From Podarcis erhardii (taxonomy: Eukaryota): a DNA stretch of 64,000 bases. Shown piece after piece: positions 9,017 to 20,735 of the stretch (the first letter of the stretch is position 1; the number at the start of each line of letters is the position of its first letter). Below the pieces are notes generated by a model. The model was not told where the DNA came from and ran no database searches. It worked only from the letters and a program-made list of their open reading frames with translations. The position numbers and the translations under genes are program-made. The stretch lies in the NCBI GenBank assembly GCA_964252035.1, contig OZ176204.1; one strand, 5' to 3'.

Positions 9017-12000
9017 TAGAACAACGTAGTGGGCACCATGTAGCCAAAGGTAAGCACTTCTAAGTCCCACTGATTACAACAGGTTTTGGGAGTTGCCTCA
9101 TACAAAACCAAATAGTTGGCCCACCAAAATAAGAGCTCTCTATTCTGCCAGGCAGTAGTTCACAGAAGTGGTGGGTGAAGTCATTTCCCAGCCCTGCTAT
9201 CAGAGAACCCTTTTTTAAAGGTGCCAGATATTTTTCCTAGAATCTTAGGCATGCAACCCATATGGTCTGCGCTCTGGCCTATCCCCTGATGTGCTTAACT
9301 TTGCCATTGAAATGGATGGGACCTAAAAAGTGCTTCGCTTTGGTTGGATCATGCTGCTGCTTTAGTTACAACTAGTTTGGGAGGGGGAGGAATCTAACTC
9401 CATAATCCTAAACTCACATTTCATTTTCATTGGAATTTCCAGGTTCAATCAATTAGGCTCAAAAAGATTTTACACAAACAGGAGTTACATGGAACAGCAG
9501 GTGGTTCTGTGACACATAAAGCATGGCACTTTTCATGCATAGATCTCTATATTTTATTTTGTTGTTGGCACATTTGTTGGAAAGCCAGTGCCCCCCACAT
9601 ACCAGAGGTAAATGTAACATTGGCACTGGTAGGAGAGTTGCTGGAGACCTGCGAGTTGCCAATTCACATGGGTGAATATGCACAACATCTTTTCAGATGG
9701 GCCTTCCAAAATCAGCACTTAGTACCCCCTGAAAAGCCACTACTGAATATTAGAGGGGGGGGGGCAGCTCCAAAGTGGTTTTTAAGACTGCTCTATGTGC
9801 TGCTGAAAGAAGTCAAATTTAGAAGCGTCTTCATATACCAGTCAAAATAATCCTGCACATGTACCTACAGGAATGGCTTATCTTCATATGTAAAAAAGAA
9901 GTGTGCAAACTGCCCGTTGTTTTTTAGCACATGCTGAAAAACAACTTCTAGATTTTCCAGGTGTGTTGTTTACAAAGCATATTTTTGGCATTTTCTGCAA
10001 GTGGATGTGATGTAACAGCACTAAATTTGCACTAGAAATGTATTTCTTAAAAAGAGACAGATTGTTTTTTGACAAAAGTTGGGCATTGCAACCCCAGTTA
10101 CAAGCTGTCTTAGTTCATATTTTACTTTTCCTTATTAGATATGGAGATATTACTGCTAACATTTTATAAGTGGTCAAAGAGAAATACTGTATATGATATA
10201 ACATATGGCTCTTTTGTAACCATATTGTTAACTCTCTTGCAAGAGTGAAACAGAATTAACACTAAAAGTTCAAGTTTTTAAATGCCACCACTCACCTCCA
10301 CATGCCCAAGATAAGGAGCACTGTACTGTTCTTTACACAGTCACTTAATCTGGCAATGAAATGGAAGGAAAGTTAGAACTTTTTATACAGGGGCAGTCTT
10401 CCTTGCTTTCTGCTTCTTTCTGCTTTTGATCGGCCCCTTGATCATGTAAACAAAGCAGAGAAAGAAGTTCAGGGGTTTCTGTCTCAGGATAACTGCTCAT
10501 GTAAACAATATCTGATGCAGAAATGGCCTGATCCCTTGCTTTTGTATAATCACAATATCTTCAAGTGGTCACTGAGTCACTCATAAGTCACTCAGGGAAC
10601 TATATTTGAAAACAAAAGCCACACTGGCTCTACAGTTGTATTTGACAGAATTCATAATACCCACAGAAGGTAGGCATGGCGATTCATGTTACACCCATTT
10701 TATTGAGCCCTAGGGAGAATATATGACTTGTCAAATTTAATAAAATCAGTCATTATTGCAGGATCTAGCCCAGAGATACTGAGGCACAGTCACACGCAGT
10801 GCTGCTAGATAGTGCTATAAAGTATTTAAATTAAGTTAATTAATTTCCACGGATTCTGAATGAATACTGCCTGCCATCCATATGAGACTTATTTGCTTAA
10901 TGGACATTAGGAAAATAAAAGGAATTTATGTTTTCGGCAACATCATGACAGGTTCACAACGAAATTTGTTACTGGAATAGGGCTTCTACTAATAGATTTA
11001 GAAAGAGTGCACCTGTTTCTTTAAGAGCTCTGCCACATTCAGCTTCAGATTGACTTGCTGCTGTACTTAAGTGCTGGTGTCCTCTGCTCCTAACCACTGC
11101 GGCATGGAACCAGGATACACAGCAATTATTTTCAGAATGTTGGTGGTGGTATGAGAAGCATCACTTCTCATCGTGTATCCAGTTTTGTTAAAGAGGTTTG
11201 GCAGGTTTCATAGTGCTTCAGAAACCTGCAACATCTCTTTGGCCAAGGTAATAGTGAAAAAGACACCTCCACCATAGCACTTTCAATGCTCTTCAAAACC
11301 ACTGTCTGCCTTTAGGCCCACATCCCACAGGTGGGACCACAGCTCAGTGGTAGGGGATATGCAGAAGTCTGGAGGAAAGTGTTTACTGCCTGAGATCCTT
11401 GAGAGTTGCTGCCAGCCTGACTCAGCATAAGACAAATTCCTGTGTTTACAACGGGAATGGAAGGAGCCAGAGCTTCTGGACCACTGCAACGATGGTTGAT
11501 GATCTGCCCAAACTCTCTTTGTGCTGCAGCCCACTATTACCCTACTGGGTTCCAGATGTGAAACATCTTTTAAGTATTGTTTTCTTATATATGATGATAA
11601 TCAGTGAAGCACTTCACTGCTACTGCTGATAGAAATACTCACCGCAAGTGTTTATGGATAACATGGCATCATCCCTAGCTGATCTGACATGAGATGATTT
11701 GACACAGAAATGATCCTGCTTTGCCAGGAACCAAAACATCCCCGCTGAAGATCATCTCAAGTGAATACTACCCAGAGCCACAGTCCACCTGTGATTCTCT
11801 GTAGAAACAGGTTGTGCAGGCAAATGGTCCAGTCACTGCTTTATCCCTGCTCTTAAATTTAATACAGAATACAGAAAGGAGTTAGAGCAGCTCCAATAAT
11901 ATATCTGCTTCACAAATAACACTTGAAAATTCTCTCACTTGGTGCAATTATTACATTTCCCCTAAACTAATATGGTAATGTTTTGGAAGATAGGAAGAAG

Positions 12001-14247
12001 GGACAGCTTTGCAGTGGAATTTCCTTTATGCATTCCTATGATATCCCTATGGCTACTTAGATATATTATTTGATATTTAATAGGAAATTGGTGTAGTTGT
12101 TTCCTTAAAGTGTCACTGAATACACAATAAGTAGGCCCAAGTATATATATATATTCAGTTAAGGTATGGAGAATACGTCTCCCATGATTCACAGTAAATT
12201 TACCTTTGCCCACCCTGGTCCTAAATATTTGTACTGGCATATATTCTGCAGTGATGTTGAAGTAGCAACCCTGTAACGGCATGCAGTATGGTTCGGGTAA
12301 TCTAAACAGTTTGGGTGCTCAGTCTTGTGATTGAGCTTTTTTTGGTCTTATGTGTAACAAAAAGTAGGCCACATAGAAGCTTATAAGCAGTGATGAAAGC
12401 AAGTGAATGAGGTGTTTCTTGTCCCAAACTCTCATCATGCTTTTTTGCTGTTCTAAGCTCAAGGCTGATTAAGGCGTTATGGCCCCCCACCAAAAATCTT
12501 TGGCGTAGTGGCACATGAGGATTCTCCATAACCATTTTGCAAAATCATAGGGTCTGCTGTTGTGAACATGGAGAGCTTCTGAACTATTACATTGCTCTGC
12601 AGGCACCTTTTTGTGATGAGCTTGATTACAAACATGCTTTGTGCAGAGTACCACCATGCCACAACAATTTTCAGTGGACCCTATCTACTTGAGGGGTGTA
12701 ACGTATGAAATTCCTTCATTTATAATGTAGGTGAAATTGTTGATGCCATATTGCTTGGCAAGTCCCAAGTGTCTATCCATTCCTGCCCTCTGCCATCACT
12801 GTCTTTAAGTCATGTGTGGCTCAAGCACAATTCAAACAGAGCTCATAAATGAATACATCAACAATATTTTTTGTTTAGGAACCTCTGAAGGGTTACAGGG
12901 AAGCTCCCACTATCTATTGTTTAGGGAGCTGATGTGTGTCTTTAGATGTGGAGAGTACGTACATCTTGAACATAGTGTGTGAGCAGATCAGTTAGTGACA
13001 CCTCATTTCACTACAGGAAAAATCTAACTGTAGGGTCTTTGCTCTAAAAGGAGCAAAGGGCCAAACTGCACTACAGAGTATGTGAATGAGAATTATAATG
13101 GGGCAGGGATAGCCTGCTATGGTGAGACAAAGAAAGTTGAATTTATCATGTTGGCTATATAAGGTGGTTGGTTATGTGGCATTCACAACAGTAGGAATTT
13201 CAGCCACCACTTGCATAGCAAGTACATAAAGAAAGGAAGGAGAAGCTTTAGAAATTGTGACAAGGGAACGGTATTGGTCAACAACGCCCTGAAACAACAA
13301 ATGCATCCTAAGTGCATTTGCTCAAAAGTAGCCTTATAGATTTCAGCGGAACTTCTTCTGAGGAAGCATGCTTAAGACTACTGGCTAAGAAAGATGAATT
13401 CCTGATCGACCCTTCCTGTTCTACCATTATACTTCCATGCAAAACACTCCCTCAAACAATTATTCACTTGTTCTTTTTAACCCTCAAGATTCTATTAATC
13501 AAAAGCCTACCAAAAGTCTCATTTCAGTGGCCCTGGACTCTTGGAAAGCAAGCAATCATATGCAACTCTCAGACCAACCCTAAAGTCAAGGAAAATGAAC
13601 ATTCCCCCCTCCCACGCACACGCACACGCACACCTTTTTCTAGCTTAGCCCTCATTGTATTAGAAAAATATATCGTTTGTGGCATTGGCTAGAACCCACA
13701 TTTAACATTTCCACCCATTTTGTCTAATGCCTGCAAAAGCCATGACGTTATTATATACCTCTCTTGACAAACAATACTGTTTCACCTGGGCAGGATATTG
13801 GAACTGTGTAAACAATCAACAGAAACCACGTCGGTGATTTCATCATGAACATGATGGGCACAGCCCAGCAAAAACTGCTACTGCACAACCCCCCCCCCAC
13901 CTGTTTGTGTGAGGCTGTTATGCAAGACTCACAGGAAAGGACGGCGGCTGTACAGCAGCAGCAGTGCTTGACGATTTGTGCCCTACATCAGTAACATCTG
14001 TTTCATATATATATATATATATAAACACACCATAGTCCTATAAATACAACTTGCACGTATACACATACACAGGAAAAGGGTTACATTCTATTAAAGGTAA
14101 GGCGTATTATTAGTTTGTTGATAGGCAATATTGGTGATGTTTGGGGTTCTTGTCTGATGTTCTTTTTTCCTCCCCTCCTCTTTCATTTTGACTGTTTGCT
14201 GCCAGAGGATCTAAAAACGTGGTGGCAGAGGTGATCCCTGTGTTGAT

Positions 14248-14556
<309 letters not shown>

Positions 14557-14772
14557 TTAAAACACATAGAATCACCGGGTACCACATACAAATTAAAAAG
14601 GCAAAGGGTGAATGTTTAACAGTAATCTGTCTCCCATGTGGTTTACCATTTAAAATATGGTTTACCATTTAAATTATTTGCATATTGCCAGACTCTCAGG
14701 ATAAGTGGGCTGTTGAAATACCAAAATTGTCGAGAGCCACCAAAGTTAGATCTGGGAATCCTCAGATGGTGA

Positions 14773-14816
<44 letters not shown>
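14773..14816. repeat. (TAT)~14 microsatellite
   Basis: Read directly. Confidence 0.95.
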
Positions 14817-14817
<1 letters not shown>

Positions 14818-14818
<1 letters not shown>

Positions 14819-14895
14819 CCATCTTGGTGTCCTCCAGATGTTTTGGACTACAACTCCCATTAGTCCCTGCCAGCGTGGCCCAGTGGTCAGGGACA
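14818..14895. mobile_element. Half copy of the palindromic hAT MITE
   Basis: cctccagatgttttggactacaactcccattagtccctgccagc...cagtggtcagggac, truncated next to a SINE. Confidence 0.65.
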
Positions 14896-14904
14896 ATGAG
14901 AATC

Positions 14905-15052
14905 CACAAAATCACAGAATTGTAGAGTTGGAAGGGACCATGAGGCTCATTTAGTCCCACCCCCTGCAATGCAGGAATCTTTGGGCAAGGTGGGTCTTGA
15001 ACCCACAACCCCGAGATTAAGAATCTCATGCTCCACCAACTGAGCTATCCCA
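14905..15052 (-). mobile_element. tRNA-Lys(CUU)-derived SINE with a CR1-type 3' tail
   Basis: The minus strand reads gatagctcagttggtggagcatgagattcttaatctcggggttgtgggttcaagacccacc (tRNA-Lys-like), joined to gattcctgcattgcaggggg...ccttccaactctacaattctgtg (CR1 tail). Confidence 0.8.
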
Positions 15053-17388
15053 GAAGAGTTCAAATCACCTGGAGGGCACCTTGTTGAGGGAGTCAGTTGC
15101 ACAAGAGTGCAGAGCACTCTCCTTTTCCTTGCTGACATTAACCCTGGATGTCCCCCATCTGCAGTGAACACTGGGAAGCTATCTATATTCCTTCACATGT
15201 AAAGGTATGATTCAAATCTTGCCTCAGCACAGAACACAGCACTAAGAAAAGGGGGAAAGGGATGTAGGAAAGGTTGTAGAAACCAATTTAAATGCTCTTT
15301 ATGGCATCAGAATTGCACATCTATCTCTCACTGCAAGGAATTATTGTCAGAGCAATGTATAGGTTTTTGGAGTACCACATATATTCTATGCAATCATCTG
15401 TTTCCTGCCTCCTGTCACCCTGAGCAATATGCTCGCCATCCTTCCCCCCCCCCCCCGCCGCCAAATATATGACCATGATTTTGGCTGCAGTACTTTAAAC
15501 GTTTTTATTCTAGCGGAGCAAGAGTGTTTCAGATTGCAGCCTTCCTGTTCTTTCCTCACCAACCCTCCCCGAAGCAGCTTTAAAATCTTAACTACAAATA
15601 AGACGTTTTTGAAGAGAGACATAATCCAGAAATGAAATCAGTTGTTTATTCCCCAGCAGTTCACTTCAAATGTCTATCATAAAAACAAAAGTGCTGTCTG
15701 AAATTACACACCATGTAAGTGAGATGGAAACCAACCACTAGCTAAGAGTCGGAAAGAACAACCCTAAGGAAATGAGCAAAGGTCTACTACATTTTAAGAT
15801 TTAAGCAAAAAATAAATACCCAGCTTGCTCTTGTACCTGAATAGGTGCACTGCCATATTTCTTGAAATAAGTTAAAATTATGAATGAACTTGATAAAATC
15901 TGAGGGTTTATATCTTTTCTTCCCGGCATTCACAAAGAGAGCCCCCCTGCACCCCACAAGGGCCCCCTTTATTCTGTGCTATGAAAGGTCTGCTTAGGAA
16001 CTGAAGGTTTGTGCAATTTCCTTCTTCCCACTGGCTCTGCTGCAATGGTAGCTCCACTGCTTTGGCCAAAGTGGCCTATGAGGTTCCCAGCCAGGGGGCA
16101 GAGGGGACCCTGCCCAGTCCATAATAGAGGGGGCCAAAGGGCTCTAGCTCAGGACAGCCGCACTGTGCGAAAGTGCCTGGGGGAGAAGCTGCCGTGACCT
16201 GACCCGAGAGAGACAAATGAAGCAGTTATCGTGTTTATTGATATAAACTAGCTTAAAGCAAATTAACACAAATACGCAGGAATAATTTTTTCCTGGAAGT
16301 AGAGCAAAGGATGTTGGGGGTGCCAAGAGTTTCTTGGACCGCAGTCAGAAACAATATCTTTCCCTGGTTTGCTTTTCCCAGGCATTGGTTGATTTCAGTT
16401 TTATTGGCCTGCAACCCATTTAGATCTCAGAAAATGTTATTGTTACCAGCACGTTATGACATACTTGCAGAGGACAGACGTTGCAAACACAGGAAATCAG
16501 GTTGTTATGGGCCAGTTGGAGGCCACAAAGCAGTGCTTGGGCTGCATGCATCTGGTGAAGTGCGGCTGAGGCTCAGGCTCCAGAAACAGCACAAAAGCAA
16601 CAGGCATTAAACCAGTATGCAAACCAAAGCATAGCAAGCAAGTGCAGCATTTTTTGAGTGTAATGATGGCCATGGTCTAGAGCAGTAGTGGGTGGCCCAG
16701 GTTTTCTAGTGGAAGGAAACACTATCCACATCAGTTCATTTGCCAACTACGTCCTAGCAGCTTGGATGTAGGGATGTAGGCCATGGTGGAAGAGACTTTG
16801 GTGCAATGCAGTGGGTTCCAGGGCATGGTCAGTTCATGTAGGGCACCAGCCAGGACTTGGCTGTTGCCTGATGTGTATCAAAGGCCAAAGCTGACAGTGC
16901 AGATCCATGTGTTTAAATGTGGATCTGTCCCATCACATAAAAAATACGGCATGGGAGCCCAACTTCAAGAGCAAAAGGGGTGAGGGACACTAAACCTTTT
17001 CCTTGCCTGCCACCTCCCTGCCCCATCTCTCTGGATCTCTTCTCCCCATTCGCTTTTCTTCCGCCTTGGCTCCCTTCTGGTATCAGAACTGGAACTGGAA
17101 TAAAAGTGAAGTTGAGGAGCAGACCAAAAGTGGTCAGAGGGATTAGCACTCTTCAGAGGGAGTGCAGGACCAGTGTCAGGGGTTGGACTAACCATAGCCC
17201 AGCAGAGGGCCCCCTGCAGACAAGAGATGCTCAACCAGTCTTCCATTGAGAAGTCCCCAGCAGAAGGAGAACAAACACAAGGGGAGTGGTCATTGCAGGA
17301 TTCTTTGCAACGATCACCTGTTTCTCTTGTGGGAAGTGTTCCTGCAGGTTGCAGGGCAGAGAATGAAACAACATATTATTCTTTATTA

Positions 17389-17521
17389 CAGTGCTATTTT
17401 TCTAGAAAAAGAGGTGCCAGGACTCACCACGAAACCTCCCTTGTTCACTTATAATGGCAATGGTGCCCACCTGAGAGGTACTGGAACTGAGTTCTGGTGA
17501 GTTCTGGCTGAAAAAAACCTG
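17389..17521. mobile_element. hAT MITE (cagtgctatttttctag...gaaaaaaacctg family)
   Basis: Degenerate TSD CTTTATTA / CTTTATGT; related to the 29120 and 52999 copies. Confidence 0.65.
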
Positions 17522-19304
17522 CTTTATGTTGCTATATTCCCATAATAACTATTACATATCCTGTAATAATTGTCACAGCAAGAATGTGTATGTGTACACC
17601 AAGACTAAGGATACCACTCAAATTTAGTTCAAATTTCTTCAAAATTATTGTTCATCCCCAACCAAAGTTTCTTATGGTTTTTTGTGATCAATTAGCAACT
17701 TTTATATGTGTTTATGTATCCAAGGCTTACATCCCTCCAGTCCCTTTCATCTTGTTTGTATGAATAAATGTACACTGTTAATATGGAATACAAAGTGAAA
17801 GAGAGCTGTTCTTTGCACAAATGTGCATTCTGACCAATGCACACTTGCATTACACACCAATTTAAGCTAGGGAAAGCACTTTAAGTCATGTGTGAAATGC
17901 CCCAAGTAATGGAAGGATTTGGCTCAACCCTTCATTTCATACACAGATGATTTCTCTGATAGTTTTCTGGATGCCAAACAGGTAATGCTGCAGGTAGTTT
18001 ATATGTATTTTTCCTTCTAGAACACAGGACAAGAATCTTTTAAAGGAGAGAAATATTTTTGGTGACCTGTCTGGAATTCTGTGAGCAATTTATATGTTTC
18101 CAAAAACCCTTCGCTCCCAATAAAACAGTATCCAGCAAAGCAAACCAACTACCAAGTGGCTGAATCTGAACCCAGTTCTGCAGCTGTCGTTACAGAAACA
18201 GCAGAGAAGGCCAAAATAACAACAATTTTTTAAAAAGGAACTTGACAGGAGGCCAGTCAGGAAGAAGCCACGGCATTGATGCTTCTCCTAGAAAGTGGCA
18301 GGAGGGAGGGGGGAAATGACCATTCAGAGGCTGGCATCTGGGTGGCAACGCTGCCAAGAACACCCAAGGAAATGGATATACATGCCAGCTCAATCACGAA
18401 CCCACTGTGACGTCAAACCAAACGGGCAGCAAATAGCTAATTGAAACAAAAAGCAGCAGCCTCCTGGAAAGGAGATCTTCTTTCTTTTAGAGCACCACCA
18501 CAGTGCTATTGGTGGTGGGGTGGGGGTGGGGGCGGAAATACAGCCCTAACTAACCACACTGAGAAAGGACTATGTGTTAAAGGGCGACATGGAAACTTCC
18601 CTGAAGCTGTGTGAATGGTGAGCTGCGCTGATTTGAGGAATGAAGGCTGCAATCCTCAGCACACTAGCCTGGGAGTAAAGTTGCCTGAGCTGAGTATAAT
18701 GTGCACGACGTAAATGTATTGGAACATATTGTGTGAGAGAGGGCTACGGTTAATTAGCATTTGTGTTTGCATGTAGTCAAGAGTTCCAGATGAATAGATC
18801 AGGTGCCAAACCGCAACTGATTTGACATGCCACAATTAATTGCATGCTGGTTTGAATCATGCCTTGAAAAATATTGATACAGTCTTAGAAATAACAAATG
18901 TCAGTAGGAAACAATACTATAATGAATTTAAACTACATTTTACTAACTTATTTGGGTTCAGATACATCCAGGTTTTTGTCATCTGATGACATCAAGGCGA
19001 AACAATTGATGGATGTGGATTCCAAAGGGAAGGGTGCCACTTTCCTGCCTCCAATGTCAGTCCTATGAGCTGCGTTTGCACATGGCTTGTTCCAACCAAA
19101 CCATGGTTTAATTGGAAGGAACAGTGCTACACAGAAGTTCCCGTAATGCTGAGCCCTTACTCCTGCCATGTCTCTGAACCTAAGCCCATGTTTATGTTTT
19201 CCCCCAAACAAACCACAAGTGAAGATTCAATTCTGGAATTTTGTGGGAGTTCCCATATGTCATCTTTTCCCAGGGCACACCATCTTTTTCATTATAAAAT
19301 TGTC

Positions 19305-19520
19305 CAGTAGCACCTTGGAGACCAACTAAGTTTGTTCTGCTTTTGTGTTCATGCACACTTCTTCAGATACACTGAAAGAGAAGTCACCAGACCCTTATAG
19401 AGGGTGGGGTGGGGGTTTTCTAAGAAGGGAAGTAGGAGATGGGTGATTGACTCAATGGGTATGGTAAACCTGTTGGCAACTGTTAAGGACTGCAATTAGT
19501 CCTACAAGAAAAAGCAAGGG
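19305..19520. mobile_element. Penelope-like remnant with a degenerate hammerhead (minus strand)
   Basis: ccagtagcaccttggagaccaactaag...atgcacacttcttcagatac is homologous to the 8784 element. Confidence 0.65.
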
Positions 19521-19697
19521 ATAGTATGCAGATTACGGTACCAAAAATAGCTTTAGCTATTTATATTTGGATATATTGGATTAATGGATTAATGTGTGCA
19601 AAAGTGACCACTTTGCCCATCTCTACCAAGATATATATGCAGACTGCTTTGCATATGCAGACTACTAAGATTTTGCCTTCCTGCCTTTGTCATCAGA

Positions 19698-19757
<60 letters not shown>
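19698..19757. repeat. Compound (CT)11(GT)8(GA)11 microsatellite
   Basis: Read directly. Confidence 0.95.
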
Positions 19758-19758
<1 letters not shown>

Positions 19759-20039
19759 CTTCTGTGCTGTTGTTTCAGCTGTAGATGGGATGCACTTCCC
19801 TTCATATGGAGCAAGGAACAATGGAGAAAAGCCGTTTTCATATTTAACCCAGGTTCTCAGAATTTGATCTTAAATCATCAAGATGTCAAGCACAAATAAG
19901 CTGGGTAGGTTTCACAATTTCTGGGAAGATCATTTGAGAGGGGTCAGAGATTGCAGTTAGAGAATGAAGAGAGCTATGTCCCCCATTTCTAAACTCTGCA
20001 TGTGATTATCCGTCAGGATCAGCTATAGTTTTGGCTACC

Positions 20040-20735
20040 TTATGGTTCTACACACTATTTTTACATTATTATTTTTTTAAAAAGCTTACTATCCCTCCTA
20101 TTTTTAGAAGAAATTTAGTTGTTGCAACAAAATATAAAACAATCTACAATTCAACCAAATCATGTATAAAAACACAATACCGCAATACCAATTCCAAAGC
20201 AACCACCCGAGTTAAGCATCAATATCAAAAGGAGGAAATATTAAGTGGAAGGGCTTTTTAATCAGCTAGGTATTTTAGCAGTCATCTAAATATATATATA
20301 TTGTGGGGGCCTCGGGCAAGGCTTCTTGCAGGATGAGCACTGCTACAGAGGAGGCCGTAGCACTGGTAATTTCTTAGCATGCCTGGACCAGTACCTCAAA
20401 TGACTATTGTAGCATGTGGGGAGTCTCATATGGAAGAAGATGGTCCTCAAGGTGCCCAGGTGCCAAACCTTAAAGATTACCACCAGCACCTTGAATTGAT
20501 GCTGAAAACAAACCTGCAGCCTGTTCAAATCCTGGTATGATAGACTAAAAATGCCTAATACCCATCAACATCCTTGCTGTGACATTTAACACCAGTTGCA
20601 GTTCCTGATTGCTTTTCAAAGGCATACCCACCTAGAGTGTTTTGCAGTAACCTAATCCATAGGTCACTGTGGCATCAATGACCATGGCAATATTCTACTC
20701 CATCAGGAATGGAAAAGTCAGGTGCTATCTGAATA
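20040..20735 (-). mobile_element. L2 LINE 3' region (decayed RT C-terminus)
   Basis: Minus frame ...LQVCFQHQFKVLVVIFKV... resembles the L2 motif LPV.FRAQFKVLVL.FKAL. Confidence 0.7.

Larger units (their letters stand above)
6470..14247 (-). other. ZCCHC24: Putative long 3' UTR of ZCCHC24 (distal end uncertain)
   Basis: Follows the stop codon; nearly free of transposons; strongly U-rich on the minus strand around 6.7-8.5 kb; contains several miRNA seed matches. Confidence 0.5.

Noticed and set aside
12302-12662. Overlapping minus-strand ORFs downstream of the ZCCHC24 stop
   Set aside because: Short, no known motifs, located in the presumed UTR.
6470-14247. Enrichment of a loose UGUWHWWA-type motif
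   Set aside because: About 10 seen versus about 7 expected from AT content by a rough calculation; not significant.
14983-15052. tRNA-Lys(CUU) gene (also 32790-32863)
   Set aside because: The acceptor stem is disrupted and it is fused to a CR1 tail in both copies, so it is a SINE head.
18511-18535. G-quadruplex
   Set aside because: Only three runs of three or more G; the fourth is GG.
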